DNA of 64,000 nt from positions 21,571 to 85,570 of the forward strand of contig NCBJ01000003.1 of NCBI GenBank assembly GCA_002255585.1, in the 5' to 3' direction. This document shows, in pieces, positions 31,998 through 40,398 of this stretch. The notes beneath the pieces are model-generated. The model saw only the letters and a list, made by a program, of their open reading frames with translations. It did not search any database and was not told the origin of the DNA. Position 1 is the first letter of the stretch. Each line of letters starts with the position of its first letter. Both the position numbers and the translations under genes were made by a program. Origin of the DNA: Parcubacteria group bacterium 21-54-25. Lineage in GTDB: Bacteria > Patescibacteriota > Minisyncoccia > Phycocordibacterales > Phycocordibacteraceae.

Positions 31998-32226
31998 CCT
32001 ACACCCCGATGAACAGGGAGGCCGACTGCGGCGCGAGCGTGGGTTTACTCATGGAACAGTGCGGCTAACGGGCCGCAGAGTGAGTGTGGCACTGTGTAGA
32101 ATGCAGGTATGCACCAAGACGGCCTGTGCCTTGCCCATGCATCTGAGCCCCGTTATTGGGGCACGTGAAGACAGCTAACGGCCGGGACCATCCTGGCGGT
32201 TAACGCAAACAAAGGACGGAGAACGC

Positions 32227-33399
32227 ATGAACAACACCGAGGATTCGAATTGGTTCGATGACTACGCCGAGGGTGTAGATGACCTCCAAGTCGAGGAGTA
32301 CGACATAACGGCTTCTCCAAACGATTTCAATGTCATGACCCTTCATAGCTTCGTTGAGTCTGGAGCAGTACGCATCCCTGGCTTTCAGCGCAACTTCGTT
32401 TGGGACCTCGGGCGAGCGTCAAAACTCATAGAATCCCTGATCCTGGGTTTGCCGGTGCCGCAGCTCTTCCTCTACGAGCAGGCACGCAACAGGTTCCTGG
32501 TTATCGACGGACAACAACGGCTCATGTCCATCTACTACTTCATCAAGAAACGCTTCCCTCGGAAGGAGAAGCGGGTTGAGCTTCGCGCGATCTTCGATCG
32601 TGAGGGCCGGATTCCTGACGAGATACTTCATGAAGATGAGTACTTCCAGACCTTCAACTTAAGGCTACCGGAGCGGCTGCCAAATCACGAGAACAAGTTC
32701 AAGGGCCTGAACTATGCAACACTCGGCGAATACAAGGCGCAGTTTGATCTTAGGCCAATCCGGAACATAGTGGTGAAGCAGAATGCTCCTTCAGGAGATG
32801 ATTCATCAATGTATGAGGTCTTCAACCGACTCAATTCTGGCGGCATCAACCTGCGGCCGCAGGAGATCCGCACCAGCATGTATCATTCTGCATTCTATGA
32901 AATGCTGTACCACATCAACGCGGAGCCGGGGTGGCGGAAGATACTGCAGTGGTCTGAACCGGACCTACATATGAAGGACATCGAGATCCTTCTGCGCGGT
33001 TTCGCTATGCTCATCGATGGCGAGCACTACGCGCCATCGATGGTGAAGTTCCTGAATCAGTTCTCAAAGAAATGCGAAACGCACGATGCACAGCAGAACA
33101 CCTATCTCCGTGATCTGTTCTTTTCGTTCCTCGGCGCGTGTCACGATCTTCCGGACGACGCGTTCGTGAACAAGAAGAACAAGCGGTTCAATATCGCTCT
33201 TTTCGAGGCTATCTTCTCGGCCTCATGCGAACGCGCATTCGGCGAACGACGCCCGGTCGCGGGTGAACTACAGCGTGAGGCCATCGAAGCGCTCGAGACA
33301 GATGAGGAGTTTCTCGAAGCGGCACTTGAAGGAACAACGCGAACGGTCAATGTACAGAAACGCCTCAGCCGAGCACGGGAAATCGTGGGCGCAATGTAG
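32227..33399 (+). CDS. DUF262 (ParB-like/GmrSD N-terminal-type) domain protein
   Basis: IPGFQRNFVWDLGRASKLIESLILGLPVPQLFLYE...FLVIDGQQRL (DGQQR motif). Confidence 0.8.
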   Translation: MNNTEDSNWFDDYAEGVDDLQVEEYDITASPNDFNVMTLHSFVESGAVRIPGFQRNFVWDLGRASKLIESLILGLPVPQLFLYEQARNRFLVIDGQQRLMSIYYFIKKRFPRKEKRVELRAIFDREGRIPDEILHEDEYFQTFNLRLPERLPNHENKFKGLNYATLGEYKAQFDLRPIRNIVVKQNAPSGDDSSMYEVFNRLNSGGINLRPQEIRTSMYHSAFYEMLYHINAEPGWRKILQWSEPDLHMKDIEILLRGFAMLIDGEHYAPSMVKFLNQFSKKCETHDAQQNTYLRDLFFSFLGACHDLPDDAFVNKKNKRFNIALFEAIFSASCERAFGERRPVAGELQREAIEALETDEEFLEAALEGTTRTVNVQKRLSRAREIVGAM

Positions 33400-33404
33400 G
33401 GAAA

Positions 33405-33974
33405 GTGGAGATGAGCCCAACCGTTGTCGACCGTCTACACGGTGAGTATTCTGCCCTCCTTGAGCTCCCCCAACTCGCCGGAGAGCCCTCCCTGCGCAGT
33501 GCCGCTGACGATAGTTTCCGCAAGGCGTTGCTGATGGCCGCTGCGAGCCACTTCGAGCAGCGCATGACTGATGCAGTACTCCAGTTCACAGCAGAAGCAA
33601 CGGCTAACAATCATGTCCTGACGTGGCTTGTAAGGAACCGTGTGGTCAGGAGGCAATATCACACGTGGTTCGATTGGGATGGGAAGAACGCCAACAGCTT
33701 CTTTGGGATGTTCGGCGACGAGTTTCGCAAGGCCATGAATGCTTCTGTCGCTCAGGATGACGACATTAAGGCATCCATTCAGGCGTTTTTGGAAGTCGGT
33801 CGCGAGCGAAATCGTCTGGTCCACCAGGATTTTGGGAGCTTCACGCTGGAAAAGACCTCGGAAGAGATCTATATACTCTATGGAACGGCGCTTCGCTTCG
33901 TTGATTGGTTCCCGGGAGCAATCAAGAGGTACGATGGTGAGCAGAGTTTGACGACAGAAAGCTCGGACGGATGA
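33405..33974 (+). CDS. HEPN-like (Rx4-6H) domain protein. It is the partner of the DUF262 gene, separated by a 5-nt gap.
   Basis: A conserved RERNRLVHQDF (R-x4-H) motif near the C-terminus with a helical context. The assignment is tentative. Confidence 0.4.
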   Translation: MEMSPTVVDRLHGEYSALLELPQLAGEPSLRSAADDSFRKALLMAAASHFEQRMTDAVLQFTAEATANNHVLTWLVRNRVVRRQYHTWFDWDGKNANSFFGMFGDEFRKAMNASVAQDDDIKASIQAFLEVGRERNRLVHQDFGSFTLEKTSEEIYILYGTALRFVDWFPGAIKRYDGEQSLTTESSDG

Positions 33975-34033
33975 AGGCCAACAACCGGAAGGACCCGGGC
34001 ACTCCCTTGCCCGGACCCGGGGACGACACCCCT

Positions 34034-34279
34034 TCAGGCCATCTCGTACCGCGAAAGCGCTCTGGCGCGGCGGGTGTCGATGTACTCCGCGATGTCCCGA
34101 ACGTCGGCGACCCGTGCCTTCCCGATCTTGAAGGTCCGCACGGGACAGGTCTCCGCCGAAACCGCGTTCAGGAGAACGCGGGTCGTTTTGTAGTGCAATA
34201 CCTCGGCCAGTTGCCTCGTCGTCAAGGTCAGCGAGCCGTACTTCTCGTAGAGCAGTTGGGCAGTGTCACTCAGGTTCAT
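34034..34279 (-). CDS. xis: Excisionase/AlpA-like HTH (MerR-type HTH_17) DNA-binding protein
   Basis: LTTRQLAEVLHYKTTRVLLNAVSAETCPVRTFKIGKARVADVRDIAEYI pattern. The start is moved to the ATG at 34279. Confidence 0.5.
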   Translation of the reverse strand: MNLSDTAQLLYEKYGSLTLTTRQLAEVLHYKTTRVLLNAVSAETCPVRTFKIGKARVADVRDIAEYIDTRRARALSRYEMA

Positions 34280-34774
34280 GGCAGTATCCCGTAGGCCATG
34301 ACCCAAGTCCCAACGCATGTCGTCCTGGAGGTCCCGAGTCAGCGACCTCACGCCGGGAAGGGCGATCGGTACGTGAGCAGCGGCCCGTCCAGAGACGGTA
34401 CTTCTTGCCGTATGCCTCACTTGCACCATGACCGCAGGTCATGGGGCGTTGGTGCATACAGCCACCCCAGTATAGATCCCTACCCCCGTCCCTGCGGAGT
34501 CCCTAGAGGGTAGGGAAGGGCGTAGGGACAGGGTGGGGTCCGTAACCCATTGTTTGGGAATGGCGAGAAGCTCTGGGGCAGGGAGGCCGATCACCCCCCG
34601 CCTTAGGGCCTCGTTTCCACTTGTCCCCCCAGCCCCGCCACCCCTCCGGCGCCGCTGGTGTACCACCCATCCTCCCCGCGTGGCAGGATAGATCGCAGCC
34701 GCGGGAGAGGGGATGCCCCGTCGGCAGGATGGGTACCCCATAACAATCAACAAAACAGCAGGGGGAAAAGACCA

Positions 34775-35155
34775 ATGAAACTGCTTCTGCGCCGGAACCA
34801 GAAGTCGGGCCTGATCGGCAAGGTCAGCTTTACCCTCGACGTGCGAGCGGAACTCTCCGCGGACGAGCAGCGCAACATCGCCAAGTACAAGCTCGGGGGT
34901 ACCATGCTCTATGAGCGCGAGAAGATCCTTGACCCAGGCAAGGGGCTCCTCGGGGCGGCCTCCCGGCTTGCCTTCAAGATGATGAACCTCTCGATCTCGG
35001 TCGATGACCTTGCCAAGGGCAAGCAGGTCGAGTGCAAGGACATCGTCGAGATGCTTGCCGTCGAGGACCAGATCAAGGAGGCCTGCGAGACCTTCGCCGC
35101 GGTCCTCCGGGCCGCCGCGACCTTCGGCGGCGAGGAGGTGATCGAGTTCGCATAG
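34775..35155 (+). CDS. Conserved hypothetical protein upstream of the T4CP-like ATPase. A truncated homolog occurs at 41279-41386.
   Basis: ATG with a GGGGGAAAAG RBS. MKLLLRRNQKSGLIGKVSFTLDVRAELSADEQRN is repeated as a fragment elsewhere. Confidence 0.45.
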   Translation: MKLLLRRNQKSGLIGKVSFTLDVRAELSADEQRNIAKYKLGGTMLYEREKILDPGKGLLGAASRLAFKMMNLSISVDDLAKGKQVECKDIVEMLAVEDQIKEACETFAAVLRAAATFGGEEVIEFA

Positions 35156-37216
35156 GTGTCCTCGAACTGGCGGAATTGGTTTCGGACGCCCGGGGCCCTC
35201 GGGGAGGCGAAGGACACCGAGCGGCTATACGCTGAGGTGCAGGAGGCCTCCGCGCGATCCCCCCTTGCCGATGAGCATGCCCTGGACACGTTCCTGCTCG
35301 AATTGATCGATGAGATCTGCGCCCGGCACGACCTCACCCCCTCCATACCCCTCGGCGAGGCCCTCTGGGCCGCGATCCGGGGCCTCCTCTATGCCGAGGG
35401 CTTCCTCCTCGACCTGCCCGACCGGGCGTCGCTTGCACGGCTCACGGTGGAGGAGGGCGTGCTCCTGCGCGCCGCCCTTACGCGCCACCTGCGGTTCCTC
35501 ACCGACCATGCGCGCCTCCTTTCCATCTGGCGCGAGAAGCTCGTCTGGCTCTTCTCCGGCATCCTGGGATCCCTCCCGGTATCGGCCCTCCGGGAACCCA
35601 CGGAGGGCGCAGATGACACTCTGGTGTTCCCAGAGGCCCCGATCGCCGCGCTCCTGGAGAACCTGCCGGAGGCCCTCGACCGCACCATCGCGACCTTCTT
35701 CGACGAGGACATCGCAAACGCCCACCTCTTCGAGCGGATGCGGGAGCGCCTGGAGGACAACGCCCTTGTCGCCTCCGGCATCCCGCGGGAGCGCGGGAAC
35801 GCCCCCTCGGGCAAGGCCCTGCTCCCGAGCGAACGCCACGACAAGTCGGGTGACTACCTGGTCGAGGCATACTTCCGCGGGACCCCGCTCCTCGACTTCT
35901 TCCGGAGCCCTCTCCCGTTTGCCATCCCCGCGCCGGTACGCCTTGAGCACATGCATATCCTCGGCGGTACCGGACACGGCAAGACCCAGTTGATCCAGTA
36001 CCTCCTCACGAGGGAGCAGGGCGGGTTCTGCGTCATCGATTCCCAGGGCGACATGATCGAGAAGATCGCCAGGCGCTTTCCGGACGTGATCCTCCTTGAC
36101 CCCACGGACGTGGCCCATCCGCTTGCCCTCAACATGTTCGACATGAAGACCAAGGACGAGGCGGAGTTGAACGCCACCATCGCCCTCTACGAGTACATCT
36201 TCAGCGGTCTGTTGGGCGCCGAGCTCACCCAGCGGCAGAGCCTCCTCTTCGGGTCGATCGCTCGCCTCATGCTCCTGGTCCCTGACGCGACCATCCATAC
36301 GCTGATCGACGTCATGGAGCATGGGGAGCGGTTCAAGCCGTACATGGAGCGCCTCGGCGGCACCGCCGCCCGGTTCTTCGAGGAGCAGTTCTTCCAGAAG
36401 TCGTTCCAGGCCAACAAGCAACAGATCCTTGCCCGCCTCTATGGCGTCCTGGAGAACCGGACCTTCGACCGGATCTTCTCGGCACCCAGGAACAAGATCG
36501 ACTTCTTCGAGGCGATGAACGCGGGCAAGATCGTGCTCGTCAACACCGCCAAGTCGTTCTTCCAGGCGGAGCGCTCCTCGATCTTCGGCCGGTTCGTGAT
36601 CGCGATGATCGCGCAGGCCGCAGTCCGGCGGGCGTCCATCCCTGAGTCGAAACGCACCCCCTGGTTCGTCTACATCGACGAGTTCCACGAGTACGTGCGC
36701 GGTGGTGACCGCCAGGTTGAGGACCTCTTCAACCAGGCGCGCAAGTACCGGGTGGGACTCATCTGCTCACACCAGAACCTGGGCCAGCTCGAGGACAAGC
36801 TCCGGGCCACCATCATGGCCTCGACCGCGATCAAGATCGCGGGCGGCGTCTCGGCCAAGGATGCGCAGTTCCTCGCCCAGGAGATGCGCTGCCAGAAGGA
36901 GGCGATCCTGAATACCCGCAAGCGCGAGCGCGGCGCCGAGTGGATCTGCGCGGTGCGCAACCTCGGCACCCAGAAGGTGACCTGCCCGTTCGGAGCGCTC
37001 GAAGCCATGCCCGAGCGCCCCGACTATGATGCATTCCTCGAAGAGAACCGCCGCCGGTATGCGATGCAGCCCGAAGAGCGCACCAAGCACCACGAGGAAG
37101 AGCAAGTACAACCGCGGGAGAGCGAATCAAAATCAGCAACAGGATCAGGTGGGCAAAAACCAGTACAACCGGACCAACGGGAACGGGATGATTCGAATGA
37201 CGACATCTGGGGATAG
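35156..37216 (+). CDS. Type IV coupling protein-like (TraD/TraG/VirD4-family) P-loop ATPase
   Basis: Walker A HILGGTGHGKTQL, Walker B FVYIDEFHEY, SHQNLGQL motif, acidic C-terminal tail. GTG start. Confidence 0.55.
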   Translation: MSSNWRNWFRTPGALGEAKDTERLYAEVQEASARSPLADEHALDTFLLELIDEICARHDLTPSIPLGEALWAAIRGLLYAEGFLLDLPDRASLARLTVEEGVLLRAALTRHLRFLTDHARLLSIWREKLVWLFSGILGSLPVSALREPTEGADDTLVFPEAPIAALLENLPEALDRTIATFFDEDIANAHLFERMRERLEDNALVASGIPRERGNAPSGKALLPSERHDKSGDYLVEAYFRGTPLLDFFRSPLPFAIPAPVRLEHMHILGGTGHGKTQLIQYLLTREQGGFCVIDSQGDMIEKIARRFPDVILLDPTDVAHPLALNMFDMKTKDEAELNATIALYEYIFSGLLGAELTQRQSLLFGSIARLMLLVPDATIHTLIDVMEHGERFKPYMERLGGTAARFFEEQFFQKSFQANKQQILARLYGVLENRTFDRIFSAPRNKIDFFEAMNAGKIVLVNTAKSFFQAERSSIFGRFVIAMIAQAAVRRASIPESKRTPWFVYIDEFHEYVRGGDRQVEDLFNQARKYRVGLICSHQNLGQLEDKLRATIMASTAIKIAGGVSAKDAQFLAQEMRCQKEAILNTRKRERGAEWICAVRNLGTQKVTCPFGALEAMPERPDYDAFLEENRRRYAMQPEERTKHHEEEQVQPRESESKSATGSGGQKPVQPDQRERDDSNDDIWG

Positions 37217-38183
37217 CGGCTATGCTCTTTACCCAATGGGCGCTCTCCGACAATCGAAGTTCACACGCTCCGCGGCTAGGTCCTCGGTCCGCATCGGCGC
37301 GTACCAGATCGACATCGTCGATGCCGTCTACCGCTTCCGCTACCTCACGGCGCCCCAGATCGCCGCGGTCCTTGATCGCCATCCCGACTCGGTGAAGCGC
37401 GCGGTGCGGGGGCTATACGACGCGCGATACCTGCTTCGCCCTCGCTGCCAGCGCGATCCCGCACCCTGGCAGACCACCCCCATCTATCACGCCATCTCCG
37501 CAAAGGGCGCGGAACTCCTGAGGGAAGAGCGCGGCTACAACGTGCCGAAGAACGGCTTCGACGCCAAAGAAAGTCAGGAGCACATCGCTAACTGGAGGCA
37601 TGACACCGCGCTCTCTGAGTTCCTGGTGAAGCTGCTCGTCGACGTTAGAAAAGAGGGCCAGCTTGAACTCTTGTTCCCGCGGGACCTATTGGAGCGGGGT
37701 ATCATCGCACCCGACGTGCCTTGGCAGCCCTACGCTTGGAAGCCGCTTCAATGGAGCACGGCCAAAGGCACGGTGGTGCCGGACCAAGCGGTCATGTTCC
37801 AGGATCCCGGCCGGCCCGAAGGGCAGAACCGCTCGCTCCTCCTCATTGAACTAGATCGAGGTACCGAGGCCATGGAGCGGGTTCGCAACGATAGCAACAC
37901 GATCCGAGGCAAACTGGAGAAGTACATCGCGGCGTATGGGGAAGGCAAACACACCGAGACCTTTGGCGTCCGGAACATGCGGGTCGCGTTTGTCACGACT
38001 TCTCAGCAGCGTATTCACGGTATGCAGAGACTCCTGTACGATATGGGTGTTGAGCGGCGCATGTTCCTGTTCTCAACGATCAAGGAGACGCGGGAGTGCG
38101 TGAGCCTGCTTGCTCTTTCGTGGGCGGACAACCGGGGCGATGTCGCCTATCTTACACGCATTGATAGGCGAGGAAGCGGCTAG
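37188..38183 (+). CDS. Replication-relaxation (Replic_Relax) family protein
   Basis: Winged-helix N-terminus (YRFRYLTAPQIAAVL) and LLLIELDRGTE region, typical of this ICE/plasmid family. The start is uncertain (ATG at 37188). Confidence 0.5.
   Translation: MIRMTTSGDSGYALYPMGALRQSKFTRSAARSSVRIGAYQIDIVDAVYRFRYLTAPQIAAVLDRHPDSVKRAVRGLYDARYLLRPRCQRDPAPWQTTPIYHAISAKGAELLREERGYNVPKNGFDAKESQEHIANWRHDTALSEFLVKLLVDVRKEGQLELLFPRDLLERGIIAPDVPWQPYAWKPLQWSTAKGTVVPDQAVMFQDPGRPEGQNRSLLLIELDRGTEAMERVRNDSNTIRGKLEKYIAAYGEGKHTETFGVRNMRVAFVTTSQQRIHGMQRLLYDMGVERRMFLFSTIKETRECVSLLALSWADNRGDVAYLTRIDRRGSG
37660..37757 (+). repeat. ~98-bp imperfect direct repeat (about 88% identity) with 39390-39487
   Basis: ttgttcccgcgggacc..ttggagcgggg..atcatcgca..ccgacgtgccttggcagccctacgc..agccgcttcaatggagc occurs at both loci. 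Confidence 0.7.
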
Positions 38184-38449
38184 CGTGCCTGAGGGCGGTG
38201 AGCCCCAACCTCTGATAGGAAGATGCGTGGCCTTCTGGATACGTGTCTGCCGGTTATTCTCCGGTTTCCGGGTATTGCCCGATACAATCTCGCAAACGCA
38301 GGGAGTCCGGTTGACGGTTCGACGCTGGTTGCAGGCGTGGTCGACCAAACACGCGGAACGATGTCTCCGAGTGGACCCGATCGACGCGAGCGGCCTAGGA
38401 AACTCGTAGGCCAGTGCCGGGAAGGCGCCTGAGCTGCATAGTGTGACGT

Positions 38450-38615
38450 TATGGCACTAGTCATCTGAGACTAGAGGCTCGCTTTAGTTCTCTTTGCGTT
38501 CTGCGGTTCAGTTATATCCTGCTCATAGTCATACTTATTTATCGGTCGCGTGAGACCACTGCTACACGTCGGAAGGGACTATGGGCTATAGTCTCTCAAG
38601 ACTAGTGGTGTCTCC
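38450..38615. promoter_or_regulatory. Putative origin/iteron region. Repeated GAGACTAG/GACTAGTGG motifs flank an AT-rich stretch, upstream of the RepA-like gene.
   Basis: cactagtcatctgagactagagg and tatagtctctcaagactagtggtg around the AT-rich cagttatatcctgctcatagtcatacttatttatc. Confidence 0.3.
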
Positions 38616-38669
38616 TTGTTTGGGCTGGTGGTTCTCTATATGGTTAGCCTATCGTTGTTCCGGAGGACC

Positions 38670-39176
38670 ATGAAAATGACGGAAGGTCAGAATACCGCGA
38701 TCGCGGAAGTCATCTCGCTCCCAAAGAAGGATTCCTCACGGGCGTCCACGAAGAAATGGGGCGCGGCGGTGATGCAGCTTGGCTTCAGTGTCCTCCCATC
38801 CCTCGTTTTCCGCGCGCAGGCACGCCTTGGGCTAAGCCCGACACAGCTAGCAATCCTGCTCCAGTTGGCCGACTACTGGTGGGACCATCAGCGCAAGCCC
38901 TATCCGAGCAAGAGAGCGCTCAGCGAACGTCTCGGCCTGGGTCCCCGCCAAATTCAGCGTCACATCGCTGAGCTCGAGGCTGCGGAATTGGTGCGGCGGA
39001 TTGAACGGCGAGCCGCGCATCGGGGTAAGCTCAGCAATGAGTACGATCTCAGTGGACTTGTGGAGCGCCTGAAGAAGCTTGAGCCCGAGTTTCGCGAAGC
39101 GGGTCAATCGAAACGCCGCGCGAGCCGTCGTGGCGGTCTCGGGAAGCATGGGTTGTCCGGTAGCAAGAAGCGTTAA
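38670..39176 (+). CDS. Winged-helix DNA-binding protein (RepA/HTH_36-like, putative replication initiator or regulator)
   Basis: LSPTQLAILLQLADYWWDHQRKPYPSKRALSERLGLGPRQIQRHIAELEAAELVRR, basic C-terminal tail, GGAGGA RBS. Confidence 0.45.
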   Translation: MKMTEGQNTAIAEVISLPKKDSSRASTKKWGAAVMQLGFSVLPSLVFRAQARLGLSPTQLAILLQLADYWWDHQRKPYPSKRALSERLGLGPRQIQRHIAELEAAELVRRIERRAAHRGKLSNEYDLSGLVERLKKLEPEFREAGQSKRRASRRGGLGKHGLSGSKKR

Positions 39177-39183
39177 TCGTAGA

Positions 39184-39293
39184 AGCGGCGTAGCTCAGCG
39201 GGAAGAGCGTCCCTGCTTTCGACATCCACTGAAGCCAACATCTCCAGTGTATGGGCGGGAAGGTCACAGGTTCAAGTCCTGTCGCCGCTACCA
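39184..39293 (+). tRNA. tRNA gene with a ~30-35-nt intervening sequence in the anticodon region. The probable anticodon is UCG (Arg), uncertain. CCA is encoded.
   Basis: Perfect acceptor (AGCGGCG/CGCCGCT), D arm (GCTC-AGCGGGAA-GAGC) and T arm (ACAGG-TTCAAGT-CCTGT), then A-CCA. The anticodon stem CCTGC/GCGGG encloses loop TTTCGAC plus an insert with its own hairpin (CCACTG..CAGTG). Confidence 0.55.
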
Positions 39294-39393
39294 AATTCCC
39301 GTGTGTCGAGCGCGACGATGCCCTCGGCGGTTGCGTGTAAACCATGGGTTCCGAGCGAAGCGGAGGCCCATCTTATACCACTAAGGAACCTCT

Positions 39394-39487
39394 GAGCTGT
39401 TGTTCCCGCGGGACCGATTGGAGCGGGGCCTCATCGCATCCGACGTGCCTTGGCAGCCCTACGCCTGAGAGCCGCTTCAATGGAGCC
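39394..39487 (+). pseudogene. Relic fragment of a Replic_Relax-family gene
   Basis: Translates to LLFPRDRLERGLIASDVPWQPYA*, matching LLFPRDLLERGIIAPDVPWQPYAW of 37188..38183, with TGG changed to TGA. Confidence 0.5.
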
Positions 39488-39714
39488 ATGATAAGTGGTA
39501 AGTATCAGAGTGCTCGGCCCGCTGGTTGCACTCTACTAAAATCAATTCCTACACTCTAGGCGGTAGCGGTTCTACGGGAACGTAAAGACGCGCAAGGAAG
39601 ACGGCGCTATGCGTGTCAAGTGGCAATCTAGGAAAGCCTTTCCATTTGAGACGCTGTAATATTCTCAGCCACCCAATGCTGGGTCGCAGTAGCACCCAGA
39701 GTCCAGGCCCCCAA

Positions 39715-40374
39715 TTAGTAAGTAAACACATCTCCTATACCCTGTATATCGAGTTTTACACGTGTCGGAAGATATTCGAAGGAGGCAAGTGCCTGATCCC
39801 ATCTAGCCTTCTCCTCTAGGCGGCTCTGCAGTGCAGCCAACAGAGACGGCAAATAAATTACATCGTCCACAGCATACTGTAGTTGATTCTGCGATAGCTC
39901 ATGCGAAAACCAATCTGACCGCGCGTACCCCTTGGGAATGCCTATTCCAAGGTGGTAATTGAGGATATCTTTCAAGCTGTGAGAGCCAATCGGATTGTCA
40001 TTCAGAATCTTTGAGGCGACCTTTGTGCAGGAAATATTCTTGATGTCACACTTCCAATGGGCGGCCATGAAACGCAAATCAAAAACAGCGTGGTGAAATA
40101 TCTTTTTTACATTCTGGCTCGCTATTAGCTTGGCAAGATTAATTGGCGGCCGCTCTTTCTGGATACGCACAATCACCGCTATCCCGTTAGGCCTGTATAG
40201 CTGACAGGTGGCAATGTCATCGTGCTCCCAACTCAAGCCAGTGGTTTCAATATCCAAGGCAACGACCTTTCCATCTACGAAAGATAGAAACAAGTCATCA
40301 CTGATGTCAGCGCCGACGACCTTCACCCCAACAGTGCCATCAACACTAGGAAGTATCGTATCAATTTCGGACAT
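39715..40374 (-). CDS. DEDDy-type 3'-5' exonuclease (RNase D/WRN-exo-like)
   Basis: VALDIETTGL (Exo I), HHAVFDLRF (Exo II), YAVDDV (Exo III, Y-x3-D). Confidence 0.8.
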   Translation of the reverse strand: MSEIDTILPSVDGTVGVKVVGADISDDLFLSFVDGKVVALDIETTGLSWEHDDIATCQLYRPNGIAVIVRIQKERPPINLAKLIASQNVKKIFHHAVFDLRFMAAHWKCDIKNISCTKVASKILNDNPIGSHSLKDILNYHLGIGIPKGYARSDWFSHELSQNQLQYAVDDVIYLPSLLAALQSRLEEKARWDQALASFEYLPTRVKLDIQGIGDVFTY

Positions 40375-40398
40375 TGTTTAAATACTAACACGCAATTG

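Noticed and set aside
35225-36688. Long antisense ORF (487 aa) opposite the T4CP-like gene. Similar cases: 17252..18223, 19460..20524, 31301..31876 and 6978..7592.
   Set aside because: They lie entirely inside better-supported genes on the other strand in GC-rich DNA, where stop codons are rare. Their composition is Arg/Pro/Gly-rich with no motifs.
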